From the NCBI GenBank assembly GCA_028534125.1, contig CM052816.1:55988001-56052000 (forward strand): a DNA stretch of 64,000 bases. Direction: 5' to 3'. Within the stretch, counting starts at the first letter, position 1. Each line of letters begins with the position of its first letter. The notes under the pieces were generated by a model, which was not told the DNA's origin, ran no database searches, and saw nothing but the letters and a program-made list of their open reading frames with translations. Of the stretch, positions 37,496 to 50,689 are shown piece by piece. The position numbers and the translations under genes were made by a program. This stretch comes from Lama glama. Its lineage: Eukaryota.

Positions 37496-38440
37496 CAGTG
37501 GTTTTCAAATTATTTTGCTAGCATAATCTTGAAAAGAATTTTGTAAAACTGTGTCCCTCTCACACATTTTAAAATTGACATATGAAAGTTTACACCATAA
37601 GTTTAAATAGGAACCAAAGGTGTATTTTCCAACATATGGTATGTATTGAGTTTTTAAAATGAAACAATCCCTTTACTATTTTTAAAGTGGCCAATGGAGT
37701 CTGAATATCATAGCAATTTGATATCCACCATTATCCACTTCAAAGATACATGAGCCAGCTCTTTGACTGTCAGAAGCTTTACATAGCCCCTTTTGTCTTT
37801 GAACTCATATTTCCATTCCCACACAGAATTTGATCCTAATAAATCTTGTGCTTGAAAGTCTTGTATTGGTCACTTTATTTTTCCCTGCAATAAAAAATAT
37901 ATATCAATTGAATTTTATTAATTGACAATTGACTAAAACAAATAAATAGATCATCAATTTTAATCAAATTCTGATGAAAAGTAAAATGAGACTGGAAGTA
38001 CATCTCTTGAAGAAATGGTTGCTTTTTACTTCCCCCAGTTCATGACTTTGTGGAGGAATATGACTTATTACTAGAATAAGATAGTGTTCATTTCTATTCC
38101 TGTATTTTGTTTTTATAGATATAAGCACTGAGAAACCTCATTCACACAAATATGTTTTAAATGATGAAAAGAGGCTTTTTTGGAGCAGCTAAAAACTCTG
38201 TGAATTCGTGAGTTTTATGCCAAAATGTGTTTAGTACGCTATCATTGAAAGTTACTGTAAATTATATCCATCTATGCTGTTCAAAGTAAAAAAGAGAACA
38301 CCAGGCTGACAAATGGATTTTTAAATCTGGTCATTATATTCGTTCGTTTTTTTCAAAACGGACACAAATATTTCAAACTGCCCTTTTGTTTTCTAGCGCA
38401 GTACCACCCGTGTCCCCCAGGTGACGCACCATAGAACAAC
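37496..38440. mobile_element. hAT-Charlie-like DNA transposon remnant
   Basis: Begins cagtggttttcaaa; AT-rich decayed interior. Confidence 0.4.
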
Positions 38441-38899
38441 TCTTCTTTCATAAGGTAGAAGAAAAGGGGCTAGAAAGAGGAGGGATTGGAGATCCTAACT
38501 CTCTCATGGGCAGGTTCTTAGGCAGGTGCGTCATAGGAAAGGTCTGGTGGAAACACTTCCATCCAAACACCTGTGCCCATGTAGCACTTGGAAATCTTCT
38601 CACACTCAGTTTAGAAGCTGGTGAGCCCTCAAAGTGTTTCTCAAATATATTAGTGGTCTGTTTGACGAAATATATTGGTGGTATATTTAAAGACAATCTT
38701 AATCCTTACAGTTTCATACTTATTCCTGTGGTTCTATTCTATTCATGGTCAGCAATCCTGGTTTTTGTTTCCTATTAAATGTTTAAACATTTTAAATAGT
38801 AATTTTTTATTTTAAAATAATTTATGTAAGAGATACATCAACTAAAGATTTAAATACTGGTTCAGATGGTACATATACATGACAAACTTATTAAGATGG

Positions 38900-39803
38900 T
38901 ATGATATTTTGATATAATAAGAGATAGATATTTTGCTCTGGCTCCTGGCCAGAGCTCCTAAAGGCTTTGTAACTTCCTACGTGGTTAAAGTGCTAGGAAC
39001 ATGTTTTGTTCTAGTATTTGGTCTTTGACTCTGGTCCCTGATCAGAGCCCCTAAATCCGTTGGAATTTCCTGGGTGATAGGAGTGTCTTTTGTTCTAGTA
39101 AGATGACTCTTGGTGGGCCTCTCCATAACTTCAGAATGGGGACTGGTCACCAGTAAGACCAAGCCATGATTAGAAGCTTGAAATTTTCAGCCCTACCCTC
39201 CATCCTTTGTGGAAGGGAGAGAGGCTGGAGATAGAGTTAATAATTGATCATGCCCATGTGATGAAGCCTCCATAAAAAGTCCCTAAACTATGGGGTTTAC
39301 AGAGCTTCCAGGGAGGTGTACACACCCAAGTGCTGGAGGACAGTGTGTCTCATCTCTAGGGGGACGGAAGTTCGTGTGCTTGGGACTCTTCAGGACCTCA
39401 TCCTATCTACCCCTTCTTCTTACTGTTCATCTATAGCCTTTCTCATATTCTTTAACAAACTTGGCAAATATAAGTGTTTCTTTGAGTTCTGTGAGCCATT
39501 CTAGCAAATGATCAAGCCTAAAGAGGAGGTTGTGGGAACCTTGATTTATAACCCATGCGTCAGAAATACAGGTGATGACTAGGACCTGCCACTGGTGCCT
39601 GAAGTAGGGGCAGTCTTGTGACTGAGCCCGCAACTGTGGGATCTGATGCTGACTCCAGGTAGATTGTGTCAGAACTGAATTGAATTGTAGGACCTCCAGC
39701 TGGTGTCAGAGAACTGGTCAGTGTGACAAAAAACCCCAACACATCTGATGTCAGAAGTATTCTGAGTGTGAGTAAAGCAGAAATGAGAATTCTTTTCTTT
39801 ACA
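38900..39803 (+). mobile_element. MER21-like LTR, near full length
   Basis: ttggaatttcctgggtgataggagtgtcttttg, gttctgtgagccattctagcaaa, gggcagtcttgtg..actgagccc. Confidence 0.85.
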
Positions 39804-40169
39804 CGTGGTACCCAAACTACCAAGCTTGAGAAATGTTAACCTTTAAGATCCCGCTCAGCCCAAATACATGATTCTCTGTTCTGGCAGTAAGAAGCGACCC
39901 CTTGGTGTCCTGGAGGTTTACTCCACCTCGCACCTAGGAGACAAGAAACCTACTTCTTGGACAGGGTGCTGTCTGTGTCAGAACTAAGTGGACGTAGTGT
40001 CCCATTCAGTGCTGATTGGCAAGTAGAATAGCCCACCAGCCTGGATGGCTATCGTTTGTCTGCACAACACCCCTCCCCCCCTCCCCTCTTCTGAGAATTG
40101 TACCCTCTTCCTTTGGGGTAACTGTTCTTCCCTCCACTTTCACTTGTTGTAGTCTTAGTTTGGGGCTGT

Positions 40170-40720
40170 GTCTTAGTTTGGATCTGCCCAAAAAAGATGC
40201 TAAAGCGAGGATTTGGGTGTTAGAGTATTTGGGACGGGATATCGGATAGCACAGTGCAGGAGTCGGGAAGTGGGACGGGAAGAGGGAAGAACCAATCAAG
40301 AATACATTGTCTGGGGAGAGGGAGATCGCTCGTTGGTAGAGTGCATGCTTAGCATGCATGAGGTCCTGAGTTCAATGCCCAGTACCTCCATTAAAAAAAG
40401 AAAAAAGGTACATCGTCAAATGGGTTACCGCTGTGAATATCTGGGCTTCAGTCCCTCTGACGATCCTCTGAGAAACTGTAGAGCATACTTCAGAATTGTC
40501 CCACCAGGAGGTGAGGAGCAGGAGTATTTCTCTCCCAATGTCCAACTGTCCTTTGTCTAAGGATGCTCCACGTACTGCACTGGGGGTCTGCAGCACATGC
40601 AGGGTGAGTGTGCACCTGTACCACAGAGATGGAGGGAACCACAGGTGAGTTCAGCAGCGATCTTGCAGTGACTTTCCAGGGCAAGCTTGAAGGGACATGA
40701 GCACTAACAGCATCTGCTAG
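40170..40720. mobile_element. Old ERVL LTR (LTR33/LTR16-like) with SINE at 40313-40405
   Basis: tgtcttagtttggatctgccc..gaggatttgggtg; nested SINE with TSD ~tacattgtc/tacatcgtc. Confidence 0.6.
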
Positions 40721-41122
40721 AAAGTGCCAATCAATCATAACGGTAGCATCCTACTTTCTGCCAATGAATAATTGGTCCAGGCTAAGAGTGTAATAAGATC
40801 TGTGTCAATCCTAGTCATTCCCTTAGATCTTTTTCAATTTGCACTGAGAGACATAAGGCATACCCTCTCTGATGTCAAAGATGAGAGATGAGAGTCTGGG
40901 AGCTGCAGGCGGCTAGATTTCAGTTCTACAGAAGAAGCTGACTTGACAGAATGAGGCCGAAGCAAAGAGGGAAGTGGAGATGAGAAATTAGAGGGAGTCC
41001 CAGCTGCATCCAAGGCTCTGATTCTGAGGGTCCTTGAGGCTCATTTTCCCTAGACCTCCAGTTTACATCTTCAAGTCAATGAATTTCTTCCAGTACTAAG
41101 CAAATTCAAATTGGATTTCCAT

Positions 41123-41765
41123 ACCACTCAGCCATAAAAAAGAATAAAATAATGCCATTTACAGCAACATGTATGGACCTGGAGATCATCATTTGAAGTG
41201 AAGTAAGCCAGAAAGAAAGAAAAATACCATATGATATCACTCGTTTGTGGAATCTAAAAAAAAAGACACAAATGAACTTATTTACAAAACAGAAACAGAT
41301 GTATAGACATAGAGAGCAAACTTAGGGTTACTATGGTTACCAGGGGTAAAGAGGGTAGGAAGGGATAAGTTGGGAGTTTGAGATTTGCAGATACTAACTA
41401 CCATATATAAAATAGATAAACAACAAGTTTATACTGTATAGCACAGGGGACTATATTCAATATTTTGTAATAACCTATAATGAAAAAGAATATGAAAAGG
41501 AATATATGTATGTATATGTATGACCGAAACATTATACTGTATACCAGAAATTGACACAACATTGTAAACTGACTATACTTCAATTTAAAAAATGAAGGGG
41601 GAGAGTATAGCTTAGTGGTAGAGTACATGCTTAGCATGCATGAGGCCCTGGGTTCAATCCCTAGTACCTTCACTGAATAAATAAATAAATAAGCAAGCAA
41701 GCAAACCTAATTACCTCCCTCTGTAAAAAAAAAAAATGAAACAAAAACAAAAAACAAACAAAAAA
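41123..41765 (+). mobile_element. L1 3' end with a SINE (41597-41734) in its poly-A tail, inside an MLT1 LTR
   Basis: L1 TSD ~tggatttccat/tggctttccat; SINE TSD aaaaaatgaa. Confidence 0.88.
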
Positions 41766-42439
41766 ATGGCTTTCCATTGCTACAACCAGAAAAGTCTTGA
41801 CTACTTTTGAACCACCTCCTTTCCAAAAATATCTGTTCCTTCAATCTGCCACATTTCCTACAAGTCATCCAAAAGACAGCCACTCAGTTGAACTTCCAGG
41901 AATCCACAGCAATGTACAAATACTCCAATACATTTAATTTCAAAAACCAAGAGGGAAAAATCAGGCAAACTAACAATTTTAGAACAGCAAAACAAAATTC
42001 AGATGGACCATGTTTGAATTGACAGATGATTCTAAGGACATGAATTAAACCTCTAACCTAAGGCTTTTTATCATATCTTTCTGTGTGAAAGTTTCAGACT
42101 TCTATAGAGATGGACACTGTTAATTTAAAACATAAGCCCTGAGGATGGAAAATAAAAGTTGGACAGTATAAAACCACTGTAGAATACAAAGAAACAGTTC
42201 AATGTGGACTGATAAGATCTCCAGGATATAGTGTGCTTGTTTGTGTGTAAGAAAGAGGAATATGTATATATTTGCATAAATAAACTCTTAAAGGTCATAC
42301 AAAAAACAAAAGTGACTAATAAAAGTGGTTATATAGGGGGAATTGTGTGGACAGGACAGATGACGGTATACACAGCCTCATAAATGCTTTGATTTGACGT
42401 GCATGTCTTACCTACTCGAACTGAGATTTAAAATATAAA

Positions 42440-42578
42440 TGGGGGAAAGTAATAGTTCAGCGGTAGAGTGCATGCTTAGCAAGCATGAGGTCCTGGGTTC
42501 AATCCCCAGCACCTCCATTAAAAAAATACATATATATGTGCATATGTGTGTGTGTGTGTGTGTAAATAAATAAAAGAA
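42440..42578 (+). mobile_element. tRNA-derived SINE with TA/TG microsatellite tail
   Basis: ggtagagtgcatgcttagc..gggttcaatcccc. Confidence 0.88.
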
Positions 42579-43896
42579 AGTTGACCCACTTTTCCCGAGA
42601 GCCGATGTGAACAGCACAGAATTTCACAGGTGAATCACTGACAAACTGACGCAGACCCAGAGATGAGAGCTGCATCCAAAAGCCTCAATGATAATCCACC
42701 TCCATCAAAGCCAAAAGGCTTAAAATCAATGGGTTTTTGAAACTGCGTCTCGTTTGGAAAGTGAAGGAAAGGAACACATGATGTCGGGCACGTGGGAACC
42801 TTAAACTGAGGCATGAGCTGACATAAACCTAGGAACACGCTGTGGAGAAGGGAAAGTATTTGCTTCTCCTCCTCAACATGGAAAGAGGAAAGAAATACAG
42901 AAAGAGGGAAAAAGAGGAGTAAATAAGATAGACATGTGTGAAGTCCATACAGTGCAGGACTGAGGTGGGCGTTGATCAAGAAATCGTTTCTCACGTTGAT
43001 TCAGGCATGTCTTGATGAGTATGACGCAAAATTCTATGAATAGGGGTAATGATACAATCTGAGGAGTTTAATGAATTATTCTGATTTAGTATTCAATTCC
43101 AATTCTAGAAATCAATGGATGTTAGTTAATGTATATAAAAGTTTTTTGAAAAGAAAACAAACCACAAACTACTATAAAAAGATTACTTTTTAAATTTAAA
43201 AAGGGATTGTCTCTTTTTAGATGAAGATTTTGAAAGATTAGAATGTTTCCTGGTTTGTAAACGAAGCATAGTAATATTATCTCATTCTTAGGATGTATAT
43301 GAGGAGAGTTCATCGAAATGAAGATTTTTATAGTAATAAGAATTATTATTTTCCTATTGTGGCAAAAGTGTGTTGTAAAATATTGTGCATTGCGATTATG
43401 TTATTATTATGTGTTTTGGATAAATTTAAATGAAAACTGAGAGTTGAAATATAGAAAAATGTAAGCCAAAGTGTAATAGGATACAGGGGTAGTCAGTGAA
43501 AGGGTGTAAGGAAGAGCGTTAGGGGACAGAATTAACGGAGGTGTCCCAGTTCTAAGAGGTCTCAGCTCCAGTGCCCAGCATTGTGGAAAGGCAAGTGAGC
43601 AAGCCAGCCTGTGGCAGCAGTGGCAGCCCAGCCGGACAACACCTGATCCCTCCAAGGAGGGAACAGACTGTTCAACCCCAGCTCATTATCTGGGCTCATT
43701 ATTCCAGGTCCTCTTTTTTTGTTTTTCCAAGAGAAGAAGGAAATCTGGATTTTGATGTGAACTCAACTATTTTTCGTATCGTGGCCGAAACCAAATCTGT
43801 CTATAAGCTGTAACTGACTCAGGCATCCAGTTTTGTGGGGGCGTTTAAAAATGATGGTGACTTACCATGTGAAATCAGCCTTTTCCCATAAATAAC

Positions 43897-44073
43897 AGGA
43901 ATCAGCAAACTCCAGCTCAGAAGAATCCAGCGTGTCCCCTTTCTATAAATAAGGTTTTTCAGGGACACAGCCACGTCCACTTGTTTGCATATTGTCTGTG
44001 CTGCTTCTGCGCTATAATGGAGTCTCAAATATTTACCATCTGGCCTCTTACGGAAAAAGTTTGCCAACCATGA
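43897..44073. mobile_element. MER58A-like MITE
   Basis: caggaatcagcaaact...atatttaccatctggcctcttacggaaaaagtttgccaacc. Confidence 0.8.
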
Positions 44074-45512
44074 TAATGTTTTGACCTTTAGTCGCTCTGA
44101 ATATATTGTGTTGAATTATGTTCTAAGAAGGTTCTACTAGATTTTAATGTTATATTATTTTAAGCTAAAGTTTTTTTCCCTCCAGAATATCTGTTAGACC
44201 ATTTAAAATAATCATTTTGCATTAGAAATTTCACTCAATCGAATCTGATAGGAAATGGTGTTAAGAACATTTAGTAAAATTTCTTTTCCATATTTATTGA
44301 TTTCTGTGGATCACAGATGTGTGTTAAGAAATGGACTAAGCAAAGAAAAAAAAAAGAAAAAGAAATAGACTAAGCAAACTGTAATAAAGAAGGTTAGAAA
44401 GGCCCTTTGTAAGGTTATGCAGAAAAAGTAAACCTAAAGTTACTACAAATCATCTCCTGTAACTAAACCTTGAAAAAGAGAAATTGTTTTTAGCTTGCAC
44501 CATCTAGAGGTGAAAAATATAATTTCACACATAACCTTACCAGAGTGGAAAGGCAGTGAGTGCCCTGCCTCTGTCATTTGAGTTTGTGTCATTTCTGTTA
44601 GGAAGGGATGAGGGGAGATTGGTGCTCACTGACCGCAGAACACTGGCTAGCACAGGGTTTTCTAGCAGTGGTCTTCATGGTGCTTAGATTTTACCGCTTC
44701 TGTTATTATTAGTCACTTTCTTATGTGATGTTCAGTAAAAATAAACTTTTTTTGAATTACTTTTTAAAAATTAATTAATTAATTAACTTTTTATTGAAGT
44801 AAAGTCAACTACAATGTGTCAGTCTCTGGTGTACAGCACAATGTCCCAGTCATGCATATACATACGTATGTTTTCATATTTTTTCCATTAAGACTTGAAT
44901 ACCTCCTTTTGGCTCATCCTGAAAGAACTGAAGGGTGTATGTTTTGGACATCCTTGTGAATGTGTGTTTGAACATCTTTGTCTAATCTTAACAAGCACCT
45001 TCATTGTAGGTAAAGACTTCTTTGTAGAATTTTTATAATAACCCATTTGTGCATTCTCCAAGTTATTTTGTACTTGGATCCAACTATTAAAATATACCTA
45101 TATCTGCACAAATAGAATGATCATTTGTATCATGAAACAGATCACCCATTTGTATAGGCTCACTACAATCCCTCTGTGAGTTTTCGTTGGCTACCAAAAG
45201 AAAATTTTGAAAACTCTAACATCATTTTATTGTTTTAGGCTGGCTTCCCTATGTTGTACAACTGAAAAGCAAAGTTTTTAATATTGTTGTTGATCCCAAA
45301 ATAGATGTGGTAAGAGTTGTCTTAATCTCCTTTGCCCAGCCCACAATGACCCAATTCTAGCCAACACTTAACTCTTCAGCTACCCTCTCTCCCACCTACA
45401 CCTCTTTCCCTACTATAACCATAATCTTTCAACCCCTCTTCTCCAGGGGTGTATTTCCCTTTTTAAAACTCAACTCTGACAACCCCTGGGGAAGTCTAGG
45501 AAAATATGTGAA

Positions 45513-45648
45513 CTCATTTATTCATTTATTTATGGTGGGAGGAGGTAATTAGGTTTACTTATTTATTTATTCTCGGAGGAAGTACTGGGGATTGAACCCA
45601 GGACCTCATGCATGCTAAGCGTGCACTCCACCATTTGAGCTATACCCT
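45513..45648 (-). mobile_element. tRNA-derived SINE (long-tail form)
   Basis: ggaggtaattaggttta...ggggattgaacccaggacctcatgcatgctaag..tgagctataccct. Confidence 0.9.
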
Positions 45649-45822
45649 CTGATGTAGAACATAACTGCTTCCTTTGTGTTAAAAATGCATATTCTCTACA
45701 TCCTGGGCATTGAGCTTATATGAACTTGTTTGATTGTGTTCTTCAGATCTTCTAGACATTCATTGATTTTTTTTCTACTTGATTTAAGAGTTATTGAGAG
45801 GTATATTAAAATCCTCCACTGT

Positions 45823-45964
45823 AAAAAAAAAAAGTAAATTCAGTTTTATATTAATTATCCCAGTGCATCATGGAGTTCTATTTAGGTATTATGACTTCAG
45901 AAATTCATTAAAGACACAATGGAACTACAAATGCAAAATAAATTTCAATATTATTCTTTAAAAA
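45823..45964 (+). mobile_element. Short polyadenylated retro-insertion of non-repeat-looking sequence
   Basis: Perfect 15-bp TSD aaaatcctccactgt (45808-45822 / 45965-45979), AATAAA at 45937-45942, 3' A-run. Confidence 0.8.
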
Positions 45965-46099
45965 AAAATCCTCCACTGTGATACGAGTTTTTCAATTAAT
46001 CCTTATATTACTGTCAATGTGAGCTTTATACATATTTTGAGTCATATTTATAGGTGTAAATGAATCCAGAATCATTATGTCAGGTTCACCAACACACAC

Positions 46100-46460
46100 G
46101 CCCACAGCAGCAGTTCTGTCCCTCGTCTCTGCTTTCTTGGAGTGTGCCAACAATGAGCACACTTTCAACTACATCAAGCCTGGTGGCATCTAGTGCAGCT
46201 GGGCAGGAGAGACCTTCAGGAGTTCTGAGCAGAAGAGATTCTGCCTTATGGCGGTGAATTTTCTTAAAGTATCTAAGGAACATTCGAAACAGCTTTACAT
46301 TGACTGTAAAGACAGACTGTCTGAAAGTTATGTACTTAGGACCAGTTGTGACGATTGTCTGGGAAAGGCTGAATATGGCAAAGACAGCATGGAGACTTTT
46401 GCATTTAAGTTGGCAGGAACATTGTTTATGGCAATGGTTCTTTAAAAACGGTTATGAAAA
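46100..46460 (+). pseudogene. NME2: NME2 (nucleoside diphosphate kinase B) processed pseudogene
   Basis: ANNEHTFNYIKPGGI*..EQKRFCLMAVNFLKVSKEHSKQLYIDCKDR / MYLGPVVTIVWERLNMAKT / GDFCI*VGRNIVYG is collinear with NME2. Intronless, with stops and deletions. Confidence 0.88.
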
Positions 46461-47573
46461 TTTTCATGGGGACTTTCCTTCCCTACAAATGGGAGTTTTC
46501 TCACTGTTCTTTTTGTGGGCCAGCTGTTGTCCTAGTTCACCCTTTCACTAAGAATGCTGCCTCTTATTCCCTGCTTCATATTCACTACTTTTATACAAAT
46601 AGAATACTTCTAGAATAATACAGCATGCTAACAGTTACTCTGGGGAGAGAGCACAGAGGACTGGGGTCTGAGGTAAGAGGACATTTTCATATTGTTTGAA
46701 TACTTTGCATGTGTGTTTAATTTTTAAAATCTACCTAATTTTTTTGAGAGGGGCTCCTTCTTCTCATTTCCACTAAAAATGCATTAAATAATATATCTTT
46801 TGTTGCAGGGTGCAACCATACTGCTATAGGTTCCTACAACCTTCCCCTTTAAGGAACTCATTTAATTGTGAACTGTAACCTTCCAGCTTTGGGAAGGAGC
46901 CTAGACAAGGCGCTGAGGGCTCATCCAAGTCACCGCAGAGATGGGCAGAAGCATCCCGCTCTCTAGTTCTTTATCTGCTCACCAGAAAGTGCAGCTCTTC
47001 CTAAGATTTCATCTTAGAGTCTCATTAGAGAGGAAACAGCTGACCTCATCAAAGCTCTCACATCCTCTTTGGTGGAACTAGATATTTCCCCGGGAAGGAT
47101 GTATCTGAAACTGAACTGATAGCAACAAATACGTTTTCAGCTTTAAATAATATCTTTTTCTGTAAATAAAAATGAATATTCATTGACATGAATATGAACT
47201 ATTAGTACTAACAGAGAAATATCTCCAAAACACGTAATGAAAAAACTAATTTTAGAACACTATACATAGTACTGCTATAAGTTAAAAAAACTAAAGGCCA
47301 AACTAGTGTTTTATAATAAGAATATATCTGTATGATATATAACTCTTTGATATTATGTTCATTGTCTAGATTATGGTAGATACAGAAAAGTTTAGGAAGG
47401 CAAATTGAAAATGAATCATAACACTTCCCAACAGAAATAATTCCTAGATCCAAACTGGTAGATTTCCTTCCAGCTTACCTGTCTCTCTACCTCACTGTTT
47501 CTCCTTCTTTCTATTTTTCATCTGTCATATGTACACTGGGATATAGATATATAAATATTACAGTTGTAATTCT

Positions 47574-47730
47574 AGTGGGGAGGGTATAGCTCAGTGGTAG
47601 AGTGCACGCTTAGCATCCATGAGGTCCTGGGTTCAATCCCCAGTACCTCCATTAAAATAAATAAATAAACCTAATTACCTCCTCCCGCCCCAAATAAAAT
47701 AAAATAATTGCTTAGTAAACTTTAAAAAAA
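47574..47730 (+). mobile_element. tRNA-derived SINE (long-tail form)
   Basis: Canonical head; 17-bp TSD attacagttgtaattct/attacagctgtaattct. Confidence 0.93.
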
Positions 47731-49271
47731 ATTACAGCTGTAATTCTGCTTTACTCTCTTTGCGTTATATTATAAGCATGCCTCCATGTCAACAAATATT
47801 ACTTGAAAATACTGTGGAAATATCATTTACTTGGCCATATTCCTATTTTTGCACATTTCCTTTTTTTCTGCTGTGTAACTAACTTCAGTGAAATCCTAAT
47901 ATGAAAAACTTATCTCTATCTTCAGTCATTTCCACTGGAAAATTTTCTAGGAGTAGAATTACTGGGTCAGGAAATGTGAACATTTGAAAGCAATTTTAAA
48001 GCCTAATTTACTAATCGTTTTGTCAGTGCACACTCACACCAAGCCTATAGGAATGCCTAATGCCTATTTTCCTTATCCCAGCAGTGGGTATAACTTTCTT
48101 TAAAATTCAGTACTAAACACACACACACACACACATACACACACACACTCTTTAAATTTCTTTAATTACTAGAGATATTGAAAAAATTTTAATGTTTACT
48201 GACCGTTTGTATTTCTACATTCGATTTTGTACTTATTCCCCATATAATAATAATAATTTCGCTTCTGAGTATGAGTATGTGTATGTGCGTGCGCATGTGT
48301 GTTCTAGGTGCTGAGAGATGAAGTGTGCAGAGTTACCACAAGAGGCCCCTAGCACAACAGTTATATCACAACTGAAAGCCTATTGGGTTCAAGTTCCAGC
48401 AAGTCAGCCTCTTTAGGAGTGGGGACAGGTTCATTAATTCTAGTCTTAGAGCCTCCAAACAACTGTCCTGGCCTCGTAAGACCAGACCTTCTGACACTGA
48501 CAAAAGTTATTTAAAGGAACCAGGGACAGTAACTCAGGAATTCAGAAAGCTGGGTGTCAAACAGCTGAACTGTGCCCTCCTGCCTCCCTCCTTCACTTCC
48601 TGTCAAAATCTCCTATGACTTGATTCTTCTTATTAGATATAGTCATTCTCAGATTTCCAGAGAAATGTAATCACTTTGAGTCTGAGATGCCCTTGCGTCA
48701 TTCATTTGATTGTCCAGCAAATATTTCCTATTCTTTTCATACTTAACCAGAAGAATGATGGGCTTTTTCTTTTGACTCAACAAATATTCACTACCATGTG
48801 CCACTGTCCTAGGTACTGGGCGTATAATGATGAGCAAAGTGAGACCCCGACCCCAGCCTTGCAGAGCTCACACCTGTGCCATCCATCCTAGGACCTCCAC
48901 ACAGACCTTCAGGAAATTCACCCCCACAGATGCTTTTGCCTTGATAGGAGACATGGTGTGCAGCCCGCACGGGGAGTGTCTGCTGCTCCACAGTCCAGAA
49001 CATTGTCTCCAAGACCTATGATTACATCCTGGTCTCTTCTGCATACCACACCATCTATCTAGCTATGACTTGTAAAAAAACTTTATAGAATGTAATATAC
49101 CTACCCCATAAAGAGTTCAAATTATACTCAAGTATAAGTAACAAAAATGAAAATGACTCATAGTCACAATCTTCACAGACAGCTATCTTTTATAGACAGA
49201 TCATTACATACACACACATTTGACAAATACGTATTGACTGCTCACTATGAGGAAGGCATGTTCCAAGAGCT

Positions 49272-49637
49272 GTGTCTTAGTCTGCTCGGGCTCTCATAAC
49301 AAAACATCATAGACTGGGTGGCTAAAAGAACAGAAATTAATTTTCTCACAGTTCCGGAGGCTACAAGGCCAGTCAATTGGTGTCTGGTGAGCGCTCTCTT
49401 CTTGGCTTGCAAAAGGCTACCCTCCTGCTCTGTTCTCACATGGTGCAAGTGTAGAGTGGAGTGGGGAGCTCCCTTGTGTCTCTTCTTAGGAGAACGCTAG
49501 TTCTGTTCGTTCAGGGCCCACACTTACAACCTCTTTTAACCTTAATTGCTCCCTCACTCCAAATACAGTCATGCTTGGGGGGTTAGGGTTCAACATATGA
49601 ACTGGGGAGAGGGGACACGAACATTCAGCCCATAACA
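49272..49637 (-). mobile_element. MLT1A/MST-like MaLR LTR
   Basis: tgtcttagtctgctcgggct..ataacaaaa..ttctcacagttccggaggct..cattcagcccataaca. Confidence 0.85.
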
Positions 49638-50689
49638 GGCTGTGAAGTCCCCACATGTGAACGTGAATAAAGCACAATGTTTGCCCCCTTACCACTAATG
49701 TAGGAACTCATGATGCAAACTCTCTTTCTGTCTCTTTGTGCTTGGTTTACATTATTATCTTTTGGCATTTCCAGCAAGGGTGGATATGCAAGGTAAAAAG
49801 AGGAAGTGAGATTCAAGAAAGTTTTAGAAAACTGTCTCTGGAAGAGGAGGTTGGTTGAAGCTCTTGACTACTCCAGAGATCCATACTGAAGCATCTCTCA
49901 TTTTCTGGCTTCTCCCCAAGGAAAGGAGGCTGTTAGATGTACAAGACATGACCCGCCCTTTACATCCACCTGCTCTACAGAGGAGCGACGATTCCAAATG
50001 GGGCTGGATTCATTCCTTCAGAACATGACTGCTGATGCATCGCTAGACGGGGATGAGTGGGACAAGGTCTCTGTCCTTGAGCTCATGGCTCAGTGAACCA
50101 GTGCCGAGCAGATCATGTGAGAAGTGCCGTCTGAGATGGAGGTAAACTCGGAGAACTCTAGGAGAGAAAAGGAGACCCAGAAAGACTTCTGGGAAGAAAT
50201 GATACCCCCCACCGAAGTCTGAAGAAGGCTAAGATTGAGCTGAGGAGGAAAGGGGAAAGGCAATCCAGCTCAGGCTATCACAACGTGCAGCCCACCTGTG
50301 CAGAAATGAGCTGCGTTAGGACAGAATTCTGAAAAAAGCAGGTTGAATGTGCTCATGCAGGCAACTGTCCAGACTGTCTCTGGATAGCATGATCCCTCAA
50401 AAGGTTATCTTGAGATTTTATCAAGGTGACAAAAACTTATTTTTAATTTTAAAATGTATGTTATATAATAGGATGGCAAATTCCATCCACAGAGGAGCCT
50501 GTGGGAATCCTCAGAGCCAGAGGAAAATGTACCTCTTCCAAATCTACCAGACCAGAAACAATAAACATTTGATTCCAAAAATTCCAACAAGAAAAGATAG
50601 AACAAAACTAACAGGAAAAAAAGGAGTCTGATGAAAGTGAATAAGAACAGAAGAAAACAAAACCAATCAATAAATAATATCTTTGGAAA

